Source of the DNA: an uncultured Clostridia bacterium
Lineage (GTDB): Bacteria > Bacillota > Clostridia > TANB77 > CAG-465
Direction: 5' to 3'
DNA: 64,000 bases
Assembly: GCA_947628005.1 (NCBI GenBank)
Contig: CANQYI010000003.1
Location: forward strand, 134,077 to 198,076
Shown: in pieces, positions 9,151-18,961 of the stretch
Position numbering within the stretch: position 1 is the first letter of the stretch
Layout of the letters: each line of letters starts with the position of its first letter
Notes under the pieces: model-generated
What the model was told of the DNA's origin: nothing
Seen by the model: the letters and a program-made list of their open reading frames with translations, nothing else
Databases searched by the model: none
Program-made: the position numbers and the translations under genes

Positions 9151-10875
9151 TTACATTTTTTCTGGACATTCTATTCCCAATATATCAAGGCCATTTTTTA
9201 TAACTATTCCTGTAGCATAAACTAGTATTGATCTTGCTGTTTTTAACTGTTCATCTTCTAAATTTACTACATTACATTCATTGTAAAATCTAGAAAACTT
9301 AGTTGCTACATCGATTAAGTATCTTGAAAGTATTGCAGGTTCATATTCAATTGCTGCCCTCTTTATAGTTTCTTTAAACTTTTCTAGTGACTTTATTAAT
9401 TCTATTTCTTGATTTGTATTTAAAATATTAAAATTTACATTATCTAATGAGATTTTATCTAAATTAAAGTTTAACTTTTCAAGTATTGAATTAGTTCTTA
9501 CGTATGTATACTGTATATATGGTCCTGTTTCGCCATCAAATCTTAATGTTTCATCTAAATCAAATATTACATCTTTGCTTTTACTAGATTTTAAGTAATT
9601 AAACACCAATGCGCCTATTCCCACCTGTTTTGCAACTAAATCAATATTTTCTAATTTAGAATTTTTATTTCTTAATATTTCCTGTGACTTAGAAATTGCT
9701 TCATTAATTAAGTCATTTACATATATAACATTACCTTCTCTAGTTGACATTTTTCCACTCTTTAATCTAACCATTCCATAAGATACATGTACAAGTCCTT
9801 CTTGATATTTCTTATCAACTAAATGTTTTGCTACACTAAATATCTGTTTAAAATGCAATATTTGTTCTGTAGCAGTAACATATATACATTTATCGAAATT
9901 ATAAGTCCTTGCTCTATATAATATAGCAGCTAAATCACGTGTTGCATATATTGTAGATCCATTTGATTTTAATACTATACATGGTGGCATATCATCTCCA
10001 ACATCTACAACTTTTGCTCCTTGGCTTTCAATTAATACACCCTTTTTATCTAAAATGTCTATTACTTCATCCATTTTATCGTTATAAAAAGCCTCTCCAT
10101 TATAAGAGTCAAAGTGACAATTTAAAATTTCATAAATTCTATTATATTCTTTTAATGATACATCTTTAAAGAATTCCCACATCTTTATTAATTCTTTATC
10201 GCCACTTTCTAATTTTTTAAAGTTTTCTCTAGCTAAATTCATTATATTTTCGTCTTCTTTAGCAAGTTTTGATATTCTAACATAAATGTCTGAAAGTACA
10301 CCAAGTGGGTCCTTTGATAAGTCATATTCATCACTAAAGCGCCTATAACCTTCTATTAATAATCCAAACTGTCTTCCCCAATCTCCTAAATGATTTATTG
10401 AAATTACATTGTAGCCTAATTTTTTATATAAATTATATATTGCTTTTCCTAATACAGTATTTCTAAAATGTCCTAAATGAAACGGCTTTGCAATATTAGG
10501 AGAAGAATACTCCACAATTATATTAAGTTTTGAATTTTTGCTTTCATCTTGCATACCATAGTTATCTTTATTAATTACAATATCATTTAATGTACTAGAA
10601 ATAATATCTTCATTGTTAATGTAAAAATTTAAAAATCCATTAACAGGCTCTACTTTTTTTATATTTGAATCTAGTTTGATACTATTTTTTATATCATTTG
10701 CAATATTAATAGGAGAATTTCTTAAAATTTTTGCAAGACTAAAACATGGAAAAGAAAAGTCTCCATTTTTTTTATCTTTAGGGACTTCTATTTTATCGTA
10801 AATTTCATCATAATCCACATTTATATTTAAAGAATTTATTATACTGTTTGCTATTACCTCTTTAATATTTTTCAT
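9151..10875 (-). CDS. argS: arginine--tRNA ligase
   Basis: Class-I HIGH motif (PNIAKPFHLGHFRN), MSTR (KMSKS-equivalent) motif and an ArgRS-type anticodon-binding C-terminus. 574 aa. Confidence 0.95.
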   Translation of the reverse strand: MKNIKEVIANSIINSLNINVDYDEIYDKIEVPKDKKNGDFSFPCFSLAKILRNSPINIANDIKNSIKLDSNIKKVEPVNGFLNFYINNEDIISSTLNDIVINKDNYGMQDESKNSKLNIIVEYSSPNIAKPFHLGHFRNTVLGKAIYNLYKKLGYNVISINHLGDWGRQFGLLIEGYRRFSDEYDLSKDPLGVLSDIYVRISKLAKEDENIMNLARENFKKLESGDKELIKMWEFFKDVSLKEYNRIYEILNCHFDSYNGEAFYNDKMDEVIDILDKKGVLIESQGAKVVDVGDDMPPCIVLKSNGSTIYATRDLAAILYRARTYNFDKCIYVTATEQILHFKQIFSVAKHLVDKKYQEGLVHVSYGMVRLKSGKMSTREGNVIYVNDLINEAISKSQEILRNKNSKLENIDLVAKQVGIGALVFNYLKSSKSKDVIFDLDETLRFDGETGPYIQYTYVRTNSILEKLNFNLDKISLDNVNFNILNTNQEIELIKSLEKFKETIKRAAIEYEPAILSRYLIDVATKFSRFYNECNVVNLEDEQLKTARSILVYATGIVIKNGLDILGIECPEKM

Positions 10876-11195
10876 TAAACGTTTCCTCCTAGCTTTGCAT
10901 AATTTGATATTATCTCGTAAATCTTAGATAAGTTGTCATCTTTTGCAGATATGTTTTTAACAATACTTCCACATTTTTTACATTTATAAACTATTACTTT
11001 TCCTTTTTTAGATGTCTCAATTACATTTATTGGAACCAATATTCCCTTACATTTATTTTTTCTATCTCCTGGAGTCACATCTACATGCACAGAATATAAG
11101 CAGTTGTTACAGTGATCTCTGGAAGTATATTTTAATTTTTCAACTTTTTTACCACAATTAACGCAAAAAAATTCATCATCATTTTTTTTAAACAT
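10875..11195 (-). CDS. small zinc-ribbon protein (RNHCP-domain-like)
   Basis: 106 aa with CVNC...CNNC...CKKC cysteine pairs and an S-R-D-H-C-N block resembling the RNHCP domain signature. Translationally coupled to argS (TAATG overlap). Confidence 0.5.
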   Translation of the reverse strand: MFKKNDDEFFCVNCGKKVEKLKYTSRDHCNNCLYSVHVDVTPGDRKNKCKGILVPINVIETSKKGKVIVYKCKKCGSIVKNISAKDDNLSKIYEIISNYAKLGGNV

Positions 11196-11273
11196 ATTAA
11201 CTCCTAAAATTATGTTTATATTTTACAACAAAAGTGCATATTTTGCAAGAAAAAAGCCTAGATTAACTAGACT

Positions 11274-12920
11274 TTATCTATAAAAGCAACCATTTCCTAT
11301 AAATTCTCTTATTATTGAATCTATTGGAATATTAGCAGTTTCAATTGGCAAGAAATTATTTAAATACTCGTATAATCTTCTTGCTTCTGAATAAAATTTA
11401 CTAGATTTTTCAACTTGTAAAAGTAATGGCTGAGCAAAAGTTTTTATAACTCCTGGTTCATAAATTAAACTAGAATTATATATAAAATCAACTGTATCAA
11501 CAAATGGGAATATATATTTTTCTTCTCCTTTTTTTACATTAGTCCATAAATCAAATGTCTTTTCTACTCCATTACCACGTGTTGTATAATCTCTTACCAT
11601 TCTTCTTAATAACCTAGTATCTGTAGAAGAAACTTTAGTATATCCATCTATATTTAAAGTTGCTATTGGTGCGATATAAATTTTATACTTATTTTTATCT
11701 GGTGTAAACGTTGTAAGTATTGGATTTAATGCATGTATACCCTCTATTATTAAAATATCATTTTTCTGCAATTTTAAATAATTTTTTTCATATTTCTTAA
11801 CACCATATACAAAATCAAATTTTGGAAGTTCTACCTGTTTACCTTCAATTAAATCTCTCATTTGTGTATTAAACAAATCTATATCTAAAGCCTCAACACT
11901 TTCAAAGTCATATTTTCCGTCTGGTCCTAAAGGAGTATCTACTCTTTCTTTAAAGTAATTGTCCATTGAAATAGTTATTGGGTTATAACCTATTAATTGT
12001 AATTGAACTCCTAATTTTTGTGCAAAAGTAGTCTTTCCTGAAGAAGATGGACCTGCTATTAATATCATTTTTATATCTTTTTTCTTCTCTATATCAAGTA
12101 CTAGTTCAATTAGTTTTCTTTGATGTATAGCCTCTGATGCTTGGATTACAGATCCTATTTTATTTTTTAATACCTTATCATTTAATTTTCCTACTGTCTC
12201 AACGCCCAAAATTGTATTTAGCTTATTAAAATTAATAAAAGTATCGTATAATCTATTATCTTTTATATCTTTATTAATGTTCATATTTTCATCAGGTATT
12301 ATTAGTAAAGCTCCGTCTCTATATTTAATTAAATCAAAGCATTCAACTGCACCTGTACTTGGAGCAAGAGCGCCATAAAAATAATTATACGTTGAATCAC
12401 AAAAATACATACTCAAATATGAAACTAATTTATTTTCCAAATTAGTCAATTTGTCTATATTGTTTGATTCTTTATACAAATTTGTAGCTTCTTCTAAAGG
12501 AACAATCCTTTTAGTAATGGGATAATCTTTTTTTATGATAGTTTTCATCATATTTTTAATATCATTTATTTTATCTTCAGTTAGTTCCATATTATTTATT
12601 GTAAAATATTGATCCCTATTTATAGTAGTTATAAATTCAACATCTGCATCAGAATATAGTCTTACAAGTGCCATATATAGCACCATTTTTAAAGTTCTAG
12701 AATATATTCTATAACCATCTTGACTTGAAATATAAATCGGTTCAATTTCAGAATCAACTACAATTTCATATTCATAATTTCTTATTTCATTATTTACTCT
12801 AAATCCTAAAATAGATTTATCATTAATATTTAATTTTTTTAATATATCAGCTACTTTAGATTTATATTGAGCTGATATATTTTTTCCCTCATAACTTACA
12901 TTTACTTTTCTTTCAATCAT
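11274..12920 (-). CDS. uridine kinase-family P-loop protein with N-terminal ThrRS/TGS-like extension
   Basis: Walker A IAGPSSSGKTTFAQKLG and a PRK/uridine-kinase-like C-terminal half. N-terminal about 270 aa resembles the N-terminal domains of threonyl-tRNA synthetase. Confidence 0.65.
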   Translation of the reverse strand: MIERKVNVSYEGKNISAQYKSKVADILKKLNINDKSILGFRVNNEIRNYEYEIVVDSEIEPIYISSQDGYRIYSRTLKMVLYMALVRLYSDADVEFITTINRDQYFTINNMELTEDKINDIKNMMKTIIKKDYPITKRIVPLEEATNLYKESNNIDKLTNLENKLVSYLSMYFCDSTYNYFYGALAPSTGAVECFDLIKYRDGALLIIPDENMNINKDIKDNRLYDTFINFNKLNTILGVETVGKLNDKVLKNKIGSVIQASEAIHQRKLIELVLDIEKKKDIKMILIAGPSSSGKTTFAQKLGVQLQLIGYNPITISMDNYFKERVDTPLGPDGKYDFESVEALDIDLFNTQMRDLIEGKQVELPKFDFVYGVKKYEKNYLKLQKNDILIIEGIHALNPILTTFTPDKNKYKIYIAPIATLNIDGYTKVSSTDTRLLRRMVRDYTTRGNGVEKTFDLWTNVKKGEEKYIFPFVDTVDFIYNSSLIYEPGVIKTFAQPLLLQVEKSSKFYSEARRLYEYLNNFLPIETANIPIDSIIREFIGNGCFYR

Positions 12921-12975
12921 ATATTAAACCTCTTAACTTAACTATATAAATTTTACCATTAAATATAAAAATATT

Positions 12976-14292
12976 CTACTTATTCTTTATATTTTTTTTA
13001 AATATTTCCATAAACTCTTTATTAGTTTTAGTTTTTGAAATAATGTTAAAGATTTTCTCTACTATTTCCATATTGCTTAGAGTAGAATTTTGATTATTCA
13101 TAATCTTTCTTATATTTGTACTACATTCAATTTCTTCTTTTGAAAGAAGTAAATCATCTCTTCTAGTTCCAGATTTATAAATATCAATTGATGGAAATAT
13201 TCTTCTCTCTGACAATCTTCTATCTAGATGTACTTCCATATTACCAGTGCCTTTGAATTCTTCAAATATAATATCATCCATTCTACTACCAGTATCTACT
13301 AATACTGTTGCAAGTATTGTTAGGCTACCACCATTTTCAATATTCCTTGCAGAGCCAAAAAACTTTTTAGGAAAGTTTAGACATGCTGGATCAAGACCAC
13401 CTGATAAAGTTCTTCCACTAGGCTCTACTTGTAAATTATTTGCTCTTGTAAGTCTTGTTAAACTATCAAGTAATATTATAACATCTTTATTTTGTTCAAC
13501 TAATCTTTTTGCTCTCTCTAATACCATCTTTGAAACTTTTATGTGATTATCTGGAGATTCATCAAAAGTAGAATGAATTACTTCAGCATTTATTGAACGT
13601 TCTATATCTGTAACTTCTTCTGGTCTTTCATCAATAAGTAGTACCATTAAATTACATTCTGGATTATTTTTTAAAATGCTATTTGCTATTTGTTTTAATA
13701 TAGTAGTTTTACCTGCTTTAGGCTGAGCAACTATTAATCCACGTTGACCTTTTCCAATTGGTGCAAGTATATCTATTATTCTAGTTGAATACTCATTTGG
13801 ATTTGACTCAAGTTTTAACCTTTCTGTAGGATAAATTGGAATTAAACTTTCAAAAGGCTTTCTTTTTAATGCAACTTCTACTCTATCTGAATTTATTTCT
13901 TCTATATAGATTAAAGATGGAAATTTATTTTGTGGATCTGTAGTAAATCTTGCTATTCCTTTTAATTTATCACCTGTTGCGAGTTTAAATCTTCTAATTT
14001 GAACTTGAGATACATAGATATCTTTATTACCAGGTAAATAATTATCACTTCTTAAAAATCCATATCCATCATTCATAACTTCAAGTATACCTTCTGCAAT
14101 ATAGTCTGTTTCTGGATTTTCTATTTGCATATTTACTTTCTCATCTAAATTATCTGTATCTTGCAAAGCTTTTATTATTTCTTCTATTAAATACTCTTTT
14201 TTTAATCTTTCATAACCATCTAACTTCAAACTGTCTGCTATTTTTCTTAACTCAGTTAATGTAGATTTTTTTAAATCTTCCTTTGTGTACAT
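12976..14292 (-). CDS. rho: transcription termination factor Rho
   Basis: N-terminal RNA-binding domain followed by a RecA-type ATPase with GQRGLIVAQPKAGKTT Walker A. 438 aa. AGGAGG RBS. Confidence 0.95.
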   Translation of the reverse strand: MYTKEDLKKSTLTELRKIADSLKLDGYERLKKEYLIEEIIKALQDTDNLDEKVNMQIENPETDYIAEGILEVMNDGYGFLRSDNYLPGNKDIYVSQVQIRRFKLATGDKLKGIARFTTDPQNKFPSLIYIEEINSDRVEVALKRKPFESLIPIYPTERLKLESNPNEYSTRIIDILAPIGKGQRGLIVAQPKAGKTTILKQIANSILKNNPECNLMVLLIDERPEEVTDIERSINAEVIHSTFDESPDNHIKVSKMVLERAKRLVEQNKDVIILLDSLTRLTRANNLQVEPSGRTLSGGLDPACLNFPKKFFGSARNIENGGSLTILATVLVDTGSRMDDIIFEEFKGTGNMEVHLDRRLSERRIFPSIDIYKSGTRRDDLLLSKEEIECSTNIRKIMNNQNSTLSNMEIVEKIFNIISKTKTNKEFMEIFKKNIKNK

Positions 14293-14295
14293 TTT

Positions 14296-15615
14296 TTATT
14301 CCTCCTCTACTTTTGCAAATAGATCATATTCATTATAATCTATTATCTTAACCTTACAAAATTCACCAACTATAACTTTTTTTGAACTTGTTTCATCTAT
14401 CTTTACATATACTCTACCATCGACGTCGGGTGCATGCATATATGACCTACAAATAAAATATTTTTCATCTTCTGTCACACCTTCAACAATGACTTCATAT
14501 TTTTTCCCTACTTTTTGCTTATTACTTTCTTCAGATATATGTTTTTGAATATCAAATATCTCTTTTAATCTTCTGGTTTTTATATATTCTGGAATTTGAT
14601 TTTTCATACTATAAGCTTTCGTATCTTCTTCCTTTGAAAATGTAAATGCACCTAATCTGTCAAATTTTAATTCATAGATTCCACTTTTTAATTCCTCGAA
14701 ATCTTTTTCTGTCTCCCCAGGGAAGCCAGTAATTAAAGTTGTTCTAAGTATTGCTCCTGGTACATTTTTTCTAATCTTTTCTATATTATCATATATTAAT
14801 TTTTTGTTATCGTATCTATTCATATTTTTGAGCATTTTATCATTTAAATGTTGTATAGGAATATCAAAATATTTGCAAAGTTTATCATTATTTTTAAATT
14901 CATCAATCAGTTCATCTGTTATTTCATATAGGTACATGTATAGTACTCTAATCCACTTTACTCCTTCTATTTTGCTAATTTTGTTTAGTAATTCTGCAAG
15001 TTTTAACTTTCCATATATATCTAAACCATACTTTGTTGTATCTTGAGAAATTATACAAAATTCTTTTATTCCTTGACTTGCTAAGTTTTCTACTTCGTCT
15101 AAGATATCTTCCATTTTTCTACTTTTGAAACTTCCACGTATTAAAGGAATTGCACAATAACTGCACTTATTATCACAACCATCTGAAATTCTTATATAAG
15201 CTAAAGGAAAATTTGAAGATATAATACGATCATTAAAACTTAATTTATGATTGAAAAAATTCTTATTGAAAAAATTAGATAGAATAACATCTATTTGTGG
15301 GTATTCATCCACTCCTATTACTAAATCTACTTCTGGCATATACTTTAAAATATCTTGTTTATATCTTTTTGCAAGACAACCAGTTACAATTAAATATTTA
15401 CAATTTCCTGTCTGTTTAAAATCAGCCATATCAAGAATAGTATTTATAGCCTCTTGCTTAGCAGATTCTATAAATCCACAAGTATTTACTAGTATTATGT
15501 CTGCTATTTGTAGATCAGTTGTAATATTAAAATTTCTCTTTTTAAAAAATCCCAGTAGCATTTCGCTATCTACTTGATTTTTAGTACATCCTAAAGTAAT
15601 TACTGCTATATTCAT
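14296..15615 (-). CDS. rimO: radical-SAM methylthiotransferase, RimO/MiaB family (RimO-like)
   Basis: MTTase N-domain (NIAVITLGCTKNQVDSE), radical-SAM CSYCAIP motif and C-terminal TRAM domain. Start moved to the ATG at 15615 (MNIAV...). Confidence 0.8.
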   Translation of the reverse strand: MNIAVITLGCTKNQVDSEMLLGFFKKRNFNITTDLQIADIILVNTCGFIESAKQEAINTILDMADFKQTGNCKYLIVTGCLAKRYKQDILKYMPEVDLVIGVDEYPQIDVILSNFFNKNFFNHKLSFNDRIISSNFPLAYIRISDGCDNKCSYCAIPLIRGSFKSRKMEDILDEVENLASQGIKEFCIISQDTTKYGLDIYGKLKLAELLNKISKIEGVKWIRVLYMYLYEITDELIDEFKNNDKLCKYFDIPIQHLNDKMLKNMNRYDNKKLIYDNIEKIRKNVPGAILRTTLITGFPGETEKDFEELKSGIYELKFDRLGAFTFSKEEDTKAYSMKNQIPEYIKTRRLKEIFDIQKHISEESNKQKVGKKYEVIVEGVTEDEKYFICRSYMHAPDVDGRVYVKIDETSSKKVIVGEFCKVKIIDYNEYDLFAKVEEE

Positions 15616-15768
15616 ATATAGTCTCCTTTCAGTAAAAAAATTATACCACAAAATGTGAAAAAAAGATAGTATTTGATTAAAGTTCGACAAAATTGTATAT
15701 AAATCTATAAATTATGTCGAAATTTGTCCTAATTATGTAAAACTTTTTTCTAAATTTTAAATATAATA

Positions 15769-15797
15769 TTGACTTTTTCTTTTTTCTATGTTATAAT
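15769..15797 (+). promoter_or_regulatory. sigma-A-type promoter (TTGACT-17-TATAAT) driving the GC-rich element
   Basis: Perfect-spacing consensus hexamers read directly from the sequence. Predicted TSS about 15804-15806. Confidence 0.55.
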
Positions 15798-15803
15798 ATT
15801 GCT

Positions 15804-16303
15804 TAGTCTATTTTTTTTAATATGTAAAAAAATTTTTTTAACAGGAGGAAATGAAATTGGTTTATCTTACCGAAATCGGGTTCTCTGCTGGGGCCCTGCA
15901 ATTTATCAATGCCCCAGGTCAATTCGTTGACCTGAAGCCAGCAAAAAATAACAACAATGTTGACCTGCTACTTGCCGTCATCCATGACGAAAGTGGCGAG
16001 GTTGCAAACATGGAGCTGATCGCAACGTCTGATGATCAGCTCGAGGGAATTTGTCTTCTAGACAAACAGGCTCTAAGTAGAGCCTTTGAAAGGGCGAATC
16101 GAAAAGATTCACATTCACTAATAGAAGATATGCGAAACGGCAGTCTTCTGAAGTGGACAGAGTTTCTAGCGAGTATTTGGATGAATGTACGTCCGATAGC
16201 GCTAGAGAAAGTCTCTTAATCGCAACTACTGTTGCGGTTTGAGATTTATATAAATGTAGCCGGTAGACCTTTGGGGTCTGCCGGCTGCCTTTTATTTAAT
16301 TTT
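15804..16303 (+). ncRNA. candidate structured RNA, or a small foreign-codon ORF (122 aa, 15851..16219). GC-anomalous transcription unit
   Basis: About 47% GC body in a roughly 28% GC genome. Several perfect hairpins: ggtcaaTTCGttgacc, gagctgatc-N12-gatcagctc, aggctctAAGTagagcct, cgcaacTACTgttgcg. Ends in the gccggtagacc/ggtctgccggc hairpin plus T-run. AGGAGG sits only 2 nt before the ATG, or 8 nt before an in-frame TTG. Codons rare for clostridia (CTG, GCC, GGG, CCG). No match to tmRNA, RNase P or SRP conserved blocks. Confidence 0.35.
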
Positions 16304-16888
16304 ATCAAACCTTGATAAAATTGGTTGTATTTGCTTTTGATTCATAGCATCACTTATTGTATCAACTACATATGTATAATCTAAAACTAATGATTTTGGC
16401 TTTGCTATTGAATCATCTTGTCTAAAAGGTACAAAATAAAAATTTTTAGTATTTAATAAAAGTCCTATATTTTTCAAGCTGTTACCAAGTCCATCATTTG
16501 TAGAAACTCCAAGTACTACTGGTTTATTATTTCTAATGTGACTTTTTATTGCCATAGTAACAGTTGTATCTGTTATACCATTTGCAAGTTTTGCTAAAGT
16601 ATTTCCTGTACAAGGGCATACAACAATAATATCAACTATATTTTTTGGTCCAATTGGTTCAGCTTTTACAATTGTATCAATTATTTGATTTTTTGTAGTA
16701 TCTTCTAGCATTTTTACAAAGTCTGAGGCCTTATAAAACCTAGTATCAAAATTTTTAGAAGATTCTGATATTATAGGTAAAACATCTGCCCCCTCTTGTT
16801 TTATATTCTCTATTAAATTTTTTACTTCCTTAAAATTACAAAATGAGCCGGTTATACCTAGTCCTACTTTTAATCCTTCTAATTTCAT
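16292..16888 (-). CDS. HFCD-family flavoprotein, dipicolinate synthase subunit B (DpaB/SpoVFB)-like
   Basis: MKLEGLKVGLGITGSFCNF...CPCTGNTLAKLANGITDT...VVLGVSTNDGLGN... is collinear with B. subtilis SpoVFB. No dpaA partner gene is adjacent. Confidence 0.7.
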   Translation of the reverse strand: MKLEGLKVGLGITGSFCNFKEVKNLIENIKQEGADVLPIISESSKNFDTRFYKASDFVKMLEDTTKNQIIDTIVKAEPIGPKNIVDIIVVCPCTGNTLAKLANGITDTTVTMAIKSHIRNNKPVVLGVSTNDGLGNSLKNIGLLLNTKNFYFVPFRQDDSIAKPKSLVLDYTYVVDTISDAMNQKQIQPILSRFDKIK

Positions 16889-16940
16889 TAAAACACCCCC
16901 GACATATTACATTCTATGCCGGGGATTTTTTTTTGTTAAA

Positions 16941-17552
16941 CTATTGCCAAATTTTTCTAACTAGTCCAACTACTTTTCCAAGTATCTTTACATCTTTTAC
17001 TATAATAGGATCCATAGTATCATTTTCAGGTTGTAATCTAATATGATCTTTTTCTTTGTAAAAAGTTTTAACTGTAGCTTCATTATCTATCAAAGCTACT
17101 ACTATTTGGCCATTTCTAGCTGTATCTTGTTTTGAAACTATGATATAATCGCCATCATTTATTCCAACATTTATCATACTTTGACCTTGGACTCTTAAAA
17201 TAAAATTATCATTTTTTAATGCATCTTTAGTAAAGAAACTTTCACCTATTGAGAAATAGTCTTCTATATTTTCTTGTGCAAGAATAGGAGCGCCTGCTGC
17301 TACCTTTCCTACTACAGGTATAGAAATTGTTGATTCTGTTCCTACAACTCTTATTGCTCTTGTTTTTAAATCTTTTTTAGATATATAGCCTTTATCTGCT
17401 AATCTTTGTATGTATTGATGTACAGAAGAAGTTGATTTAAATCCAACTGCAGCACATATTTCTCTAATAGAAGGTGGATAACCAGTGTCTTTTATTTGCT
17501 CCTTAATATAATTTAAAATTTTTTCCTCTTGAGGTTTTAAACTAGTATTCAT
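16941..17552 (-). CDS. lexA: LexA repressor
   Basis: N-terminal wHTH (IREICAAVGFKSTSSVHQYIQRLADKGYI) and C-terminal S24 peptidase with Ser/Lys dyad (GQSM...VKDVKILGKVVGLVRK). Start at MNTSLK with GGGGAG RBS. Confidence 0.9.
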   Translation of the reverse strand: MNTSLKPQEEKILNYIKEQIKDTGYPPSIREICAAVGFKSTSSVHQYIQRLADKGYISKKDLKTRAIRVVGTESTISIPVVGKVAAGAPILAQENIEDYFSIGESFFTKDALKNDNFILRVQGQSMINVGINDGDYIIVSKQDTARNGQIVVALIDNEATVKTFYKEKDHIRLQPENDTMDPIIVKDVKILGKVVGLVRKIWQ

Positions 17553-17577
17553 ATATACTCCCCTTTCATTTTTTAAC

Positions 17578-17616
17578 ATTATATCATGCAAATATATGTT
17601 TGTCAAACAAAAGTTC
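17578..17616 (-). promoter_or_regulatory. lexA promoter (TTGACA-17-TATAAT) with overlapping putative LexA (Cheo-like) box GAACttttGTTT
   Basis: On the minus strand: aaatGAACttttGTTTGACAaacatatatttgcatgaTATAATg. The dyad GAAC-N4-GTTT overlaps the -35. Confidence 0.4.
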
Positions 17617-17633
17617 ATTTTTTTATAATTTTA

Positions 17634-18047
17634 TTATTCTATTTTTTGCACACCACTTTCTTCAAGCCATTTAGCCTCTTCTTCAGAAAAATCAATTTCT
17701 CTATATACTAACTGTCCATCTTTTAGACCAAGTCTATCAACATATTCCTCAGTGATAGAAGGTATATATTCTTCTATTTCATATTTATCATCATCAGTTT
17801 TTCTTCCGATAGTTGCATCCATATCAGTAAAATTATATTTCAAATTTTCTGTCTTCTTATTAGTATATGTGATAGAAATTTCATTAATAAAATTGTCAAT
17901 ATCATTTTTAAATCTTACTTCTTTTGCTGAATCTATTGGATTGTTTCTTTCTATGTTTAATAATACAACTGATAGCAATATTACACTTACAATTATAGTA
18001 ATTATTAAAACTATCATACTTATTCCGCTTTTTTTCTTTGAAAGCAT
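17634..18047 (-). CDS. hypothetical membrane-anchored protein (single N-terminal TM, acidic C-terminal domain)
   Basis: ATG at 18047 preceded by GAGGTG. One TM (MIVLIITIIVSVILLSVVLL) then a soluble domain. Lies upstream of lexA on the same strand. Confidence 0.5.
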   Translation of the reverse strand: MLSKKKSGISMIVLIITIIVSVILLSVVLLNIERNNPIDSAKEVRFKNDIDNFINEISITYTNKKTENLKYNFTDMDATIGRKTDDDKYEIEEYIPSITEEYVDRLGLKDGQLVYREIDFSEEEAKWLEESGVQKIE

Positions 18048-18166
18048 GTATATCACCTCTTTAACTATTTATAATAATACTACATTTTTATAAAATTAGT
18101 CAATATTTATACTTAGTTTTACATATTTTTATAATAATTATTAAAAATATTATTAGGTGAAATAAC

Positions 18167-18961
18167 ATGAAAAAAACTGTTTTTATAACAGGAGCTGGTT
18201 CTGGTCTTGGAAATCAAGCAGCTATATTATTAGCAAAAAGAGGTCATAAAGTTATAGCTACAACTAGATATCAAGTTCAAGCCGATGAATTAAATAATTT
18301 AGCAAAAGAAAAGAACTTGCCTATTGAATCATTTAAATTAGACATTTTACTAGAAGAAGATAGAAACAAAGTTTTAGATTATAATTTCGATGTACTAATA
18401 AATAATGCTGCTATATCAGATTCTGGCTCTGTGGCAGAAATTAGAGTAGATAGATTTGAAAATGTCTTTGAAACTAACGTATTTTCTAATATAAAATTTA
18501 CACAAATTGCTTTAAAAAAGATGATTTTTAATGGTCATGGTAGAATTGTTTTTCTGTCCTCTTTAGCAGGTAAAATATCTATACCATTTTTGGCACCTTA
18601 CTGTGCCTCAAAATTTGCTATAGAAGGATTTTGTGAAGCATTAAGATATGAAATGAAAATACTAAAAGAGCCTAAAATAGAAATTGTTTTAATTGAACCT
18701 GGTGCATATGCTACTGGATTTAACAAAGATAGTTATGAAAGAAAATATACATGGATGAAAGAAGGCTCTTATTTTCAGTCTAAATTAGAAAAAATACGTA
18801 ATATAGAAGAAAAATTATGGAACTTTGGCGAATACAAAAAATTTGACTCAATAGTAAAACAATATGTAAAAGCTGTAGAATCTAAGAAGCCTAAATTTAG
18901 GTACAAAGCTCCCAAATCTCAAGCTATATTGATTCAAATTGGAAGAATTTTTGGTATGTAA
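18167..18961 (+). CDS. SDR-family NAD(P)-dependent oxidoreductase
   Basis: TGAGSGLGNQAA Rossmann glycine motif, NNAA, and catalytic YxxxK (YCASK). 264 aa. Confidence 0.85.
   Translation: MKKTVFITGAGSGLGNQAAILLAKRGHKVIATTRYQVQADELNNLAKEKNLPIESFKLDILLEEDRNKVLDYNFDVLINNAAISDSGSVAEIRVDRFENVFETNVFSNIKFTQIALKKMIFNGHGRIVFLSSLAGKISIPFLAPYCASKFAIEGFCEALRYEMKILKEPKIEIVLIEPGAYATGFNKDSYERKYTWMKEGSYFQSKLEKIRNIEEKLWNFGEYKKFDSIVKQYVKAVESKKPKFRYKAPKSQAILIQIGRIFGM

Noticed and set aside
15851-16219. Treating the 122-aa ORF as an ordinary native protein-coding gene
   Set aside because: Its GC and codon usage are far from genome norms and the sequence is hairpin-dense. It is kept as an ambiguous RNA-or-foreign-ORF element rather than a confident CDS.
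15804-16303. Identity of the GC-rich element as tmRNA, RNase P RNA, SRP RNA, 6S RNA, T-box, glmS ribozyme or cobalamin riboswitch
   Set aside because: It has no GGGG...CCACCA ends or tRNA-like T-arm. It has no GGAAAGUCC / ACAGAA P4 strands, no SRP domain IV motif and no T-box AGGGUGGNACCGCG. It is far longer than 6S or a riboswitch and has no downstream plus-strand gene to regulate.
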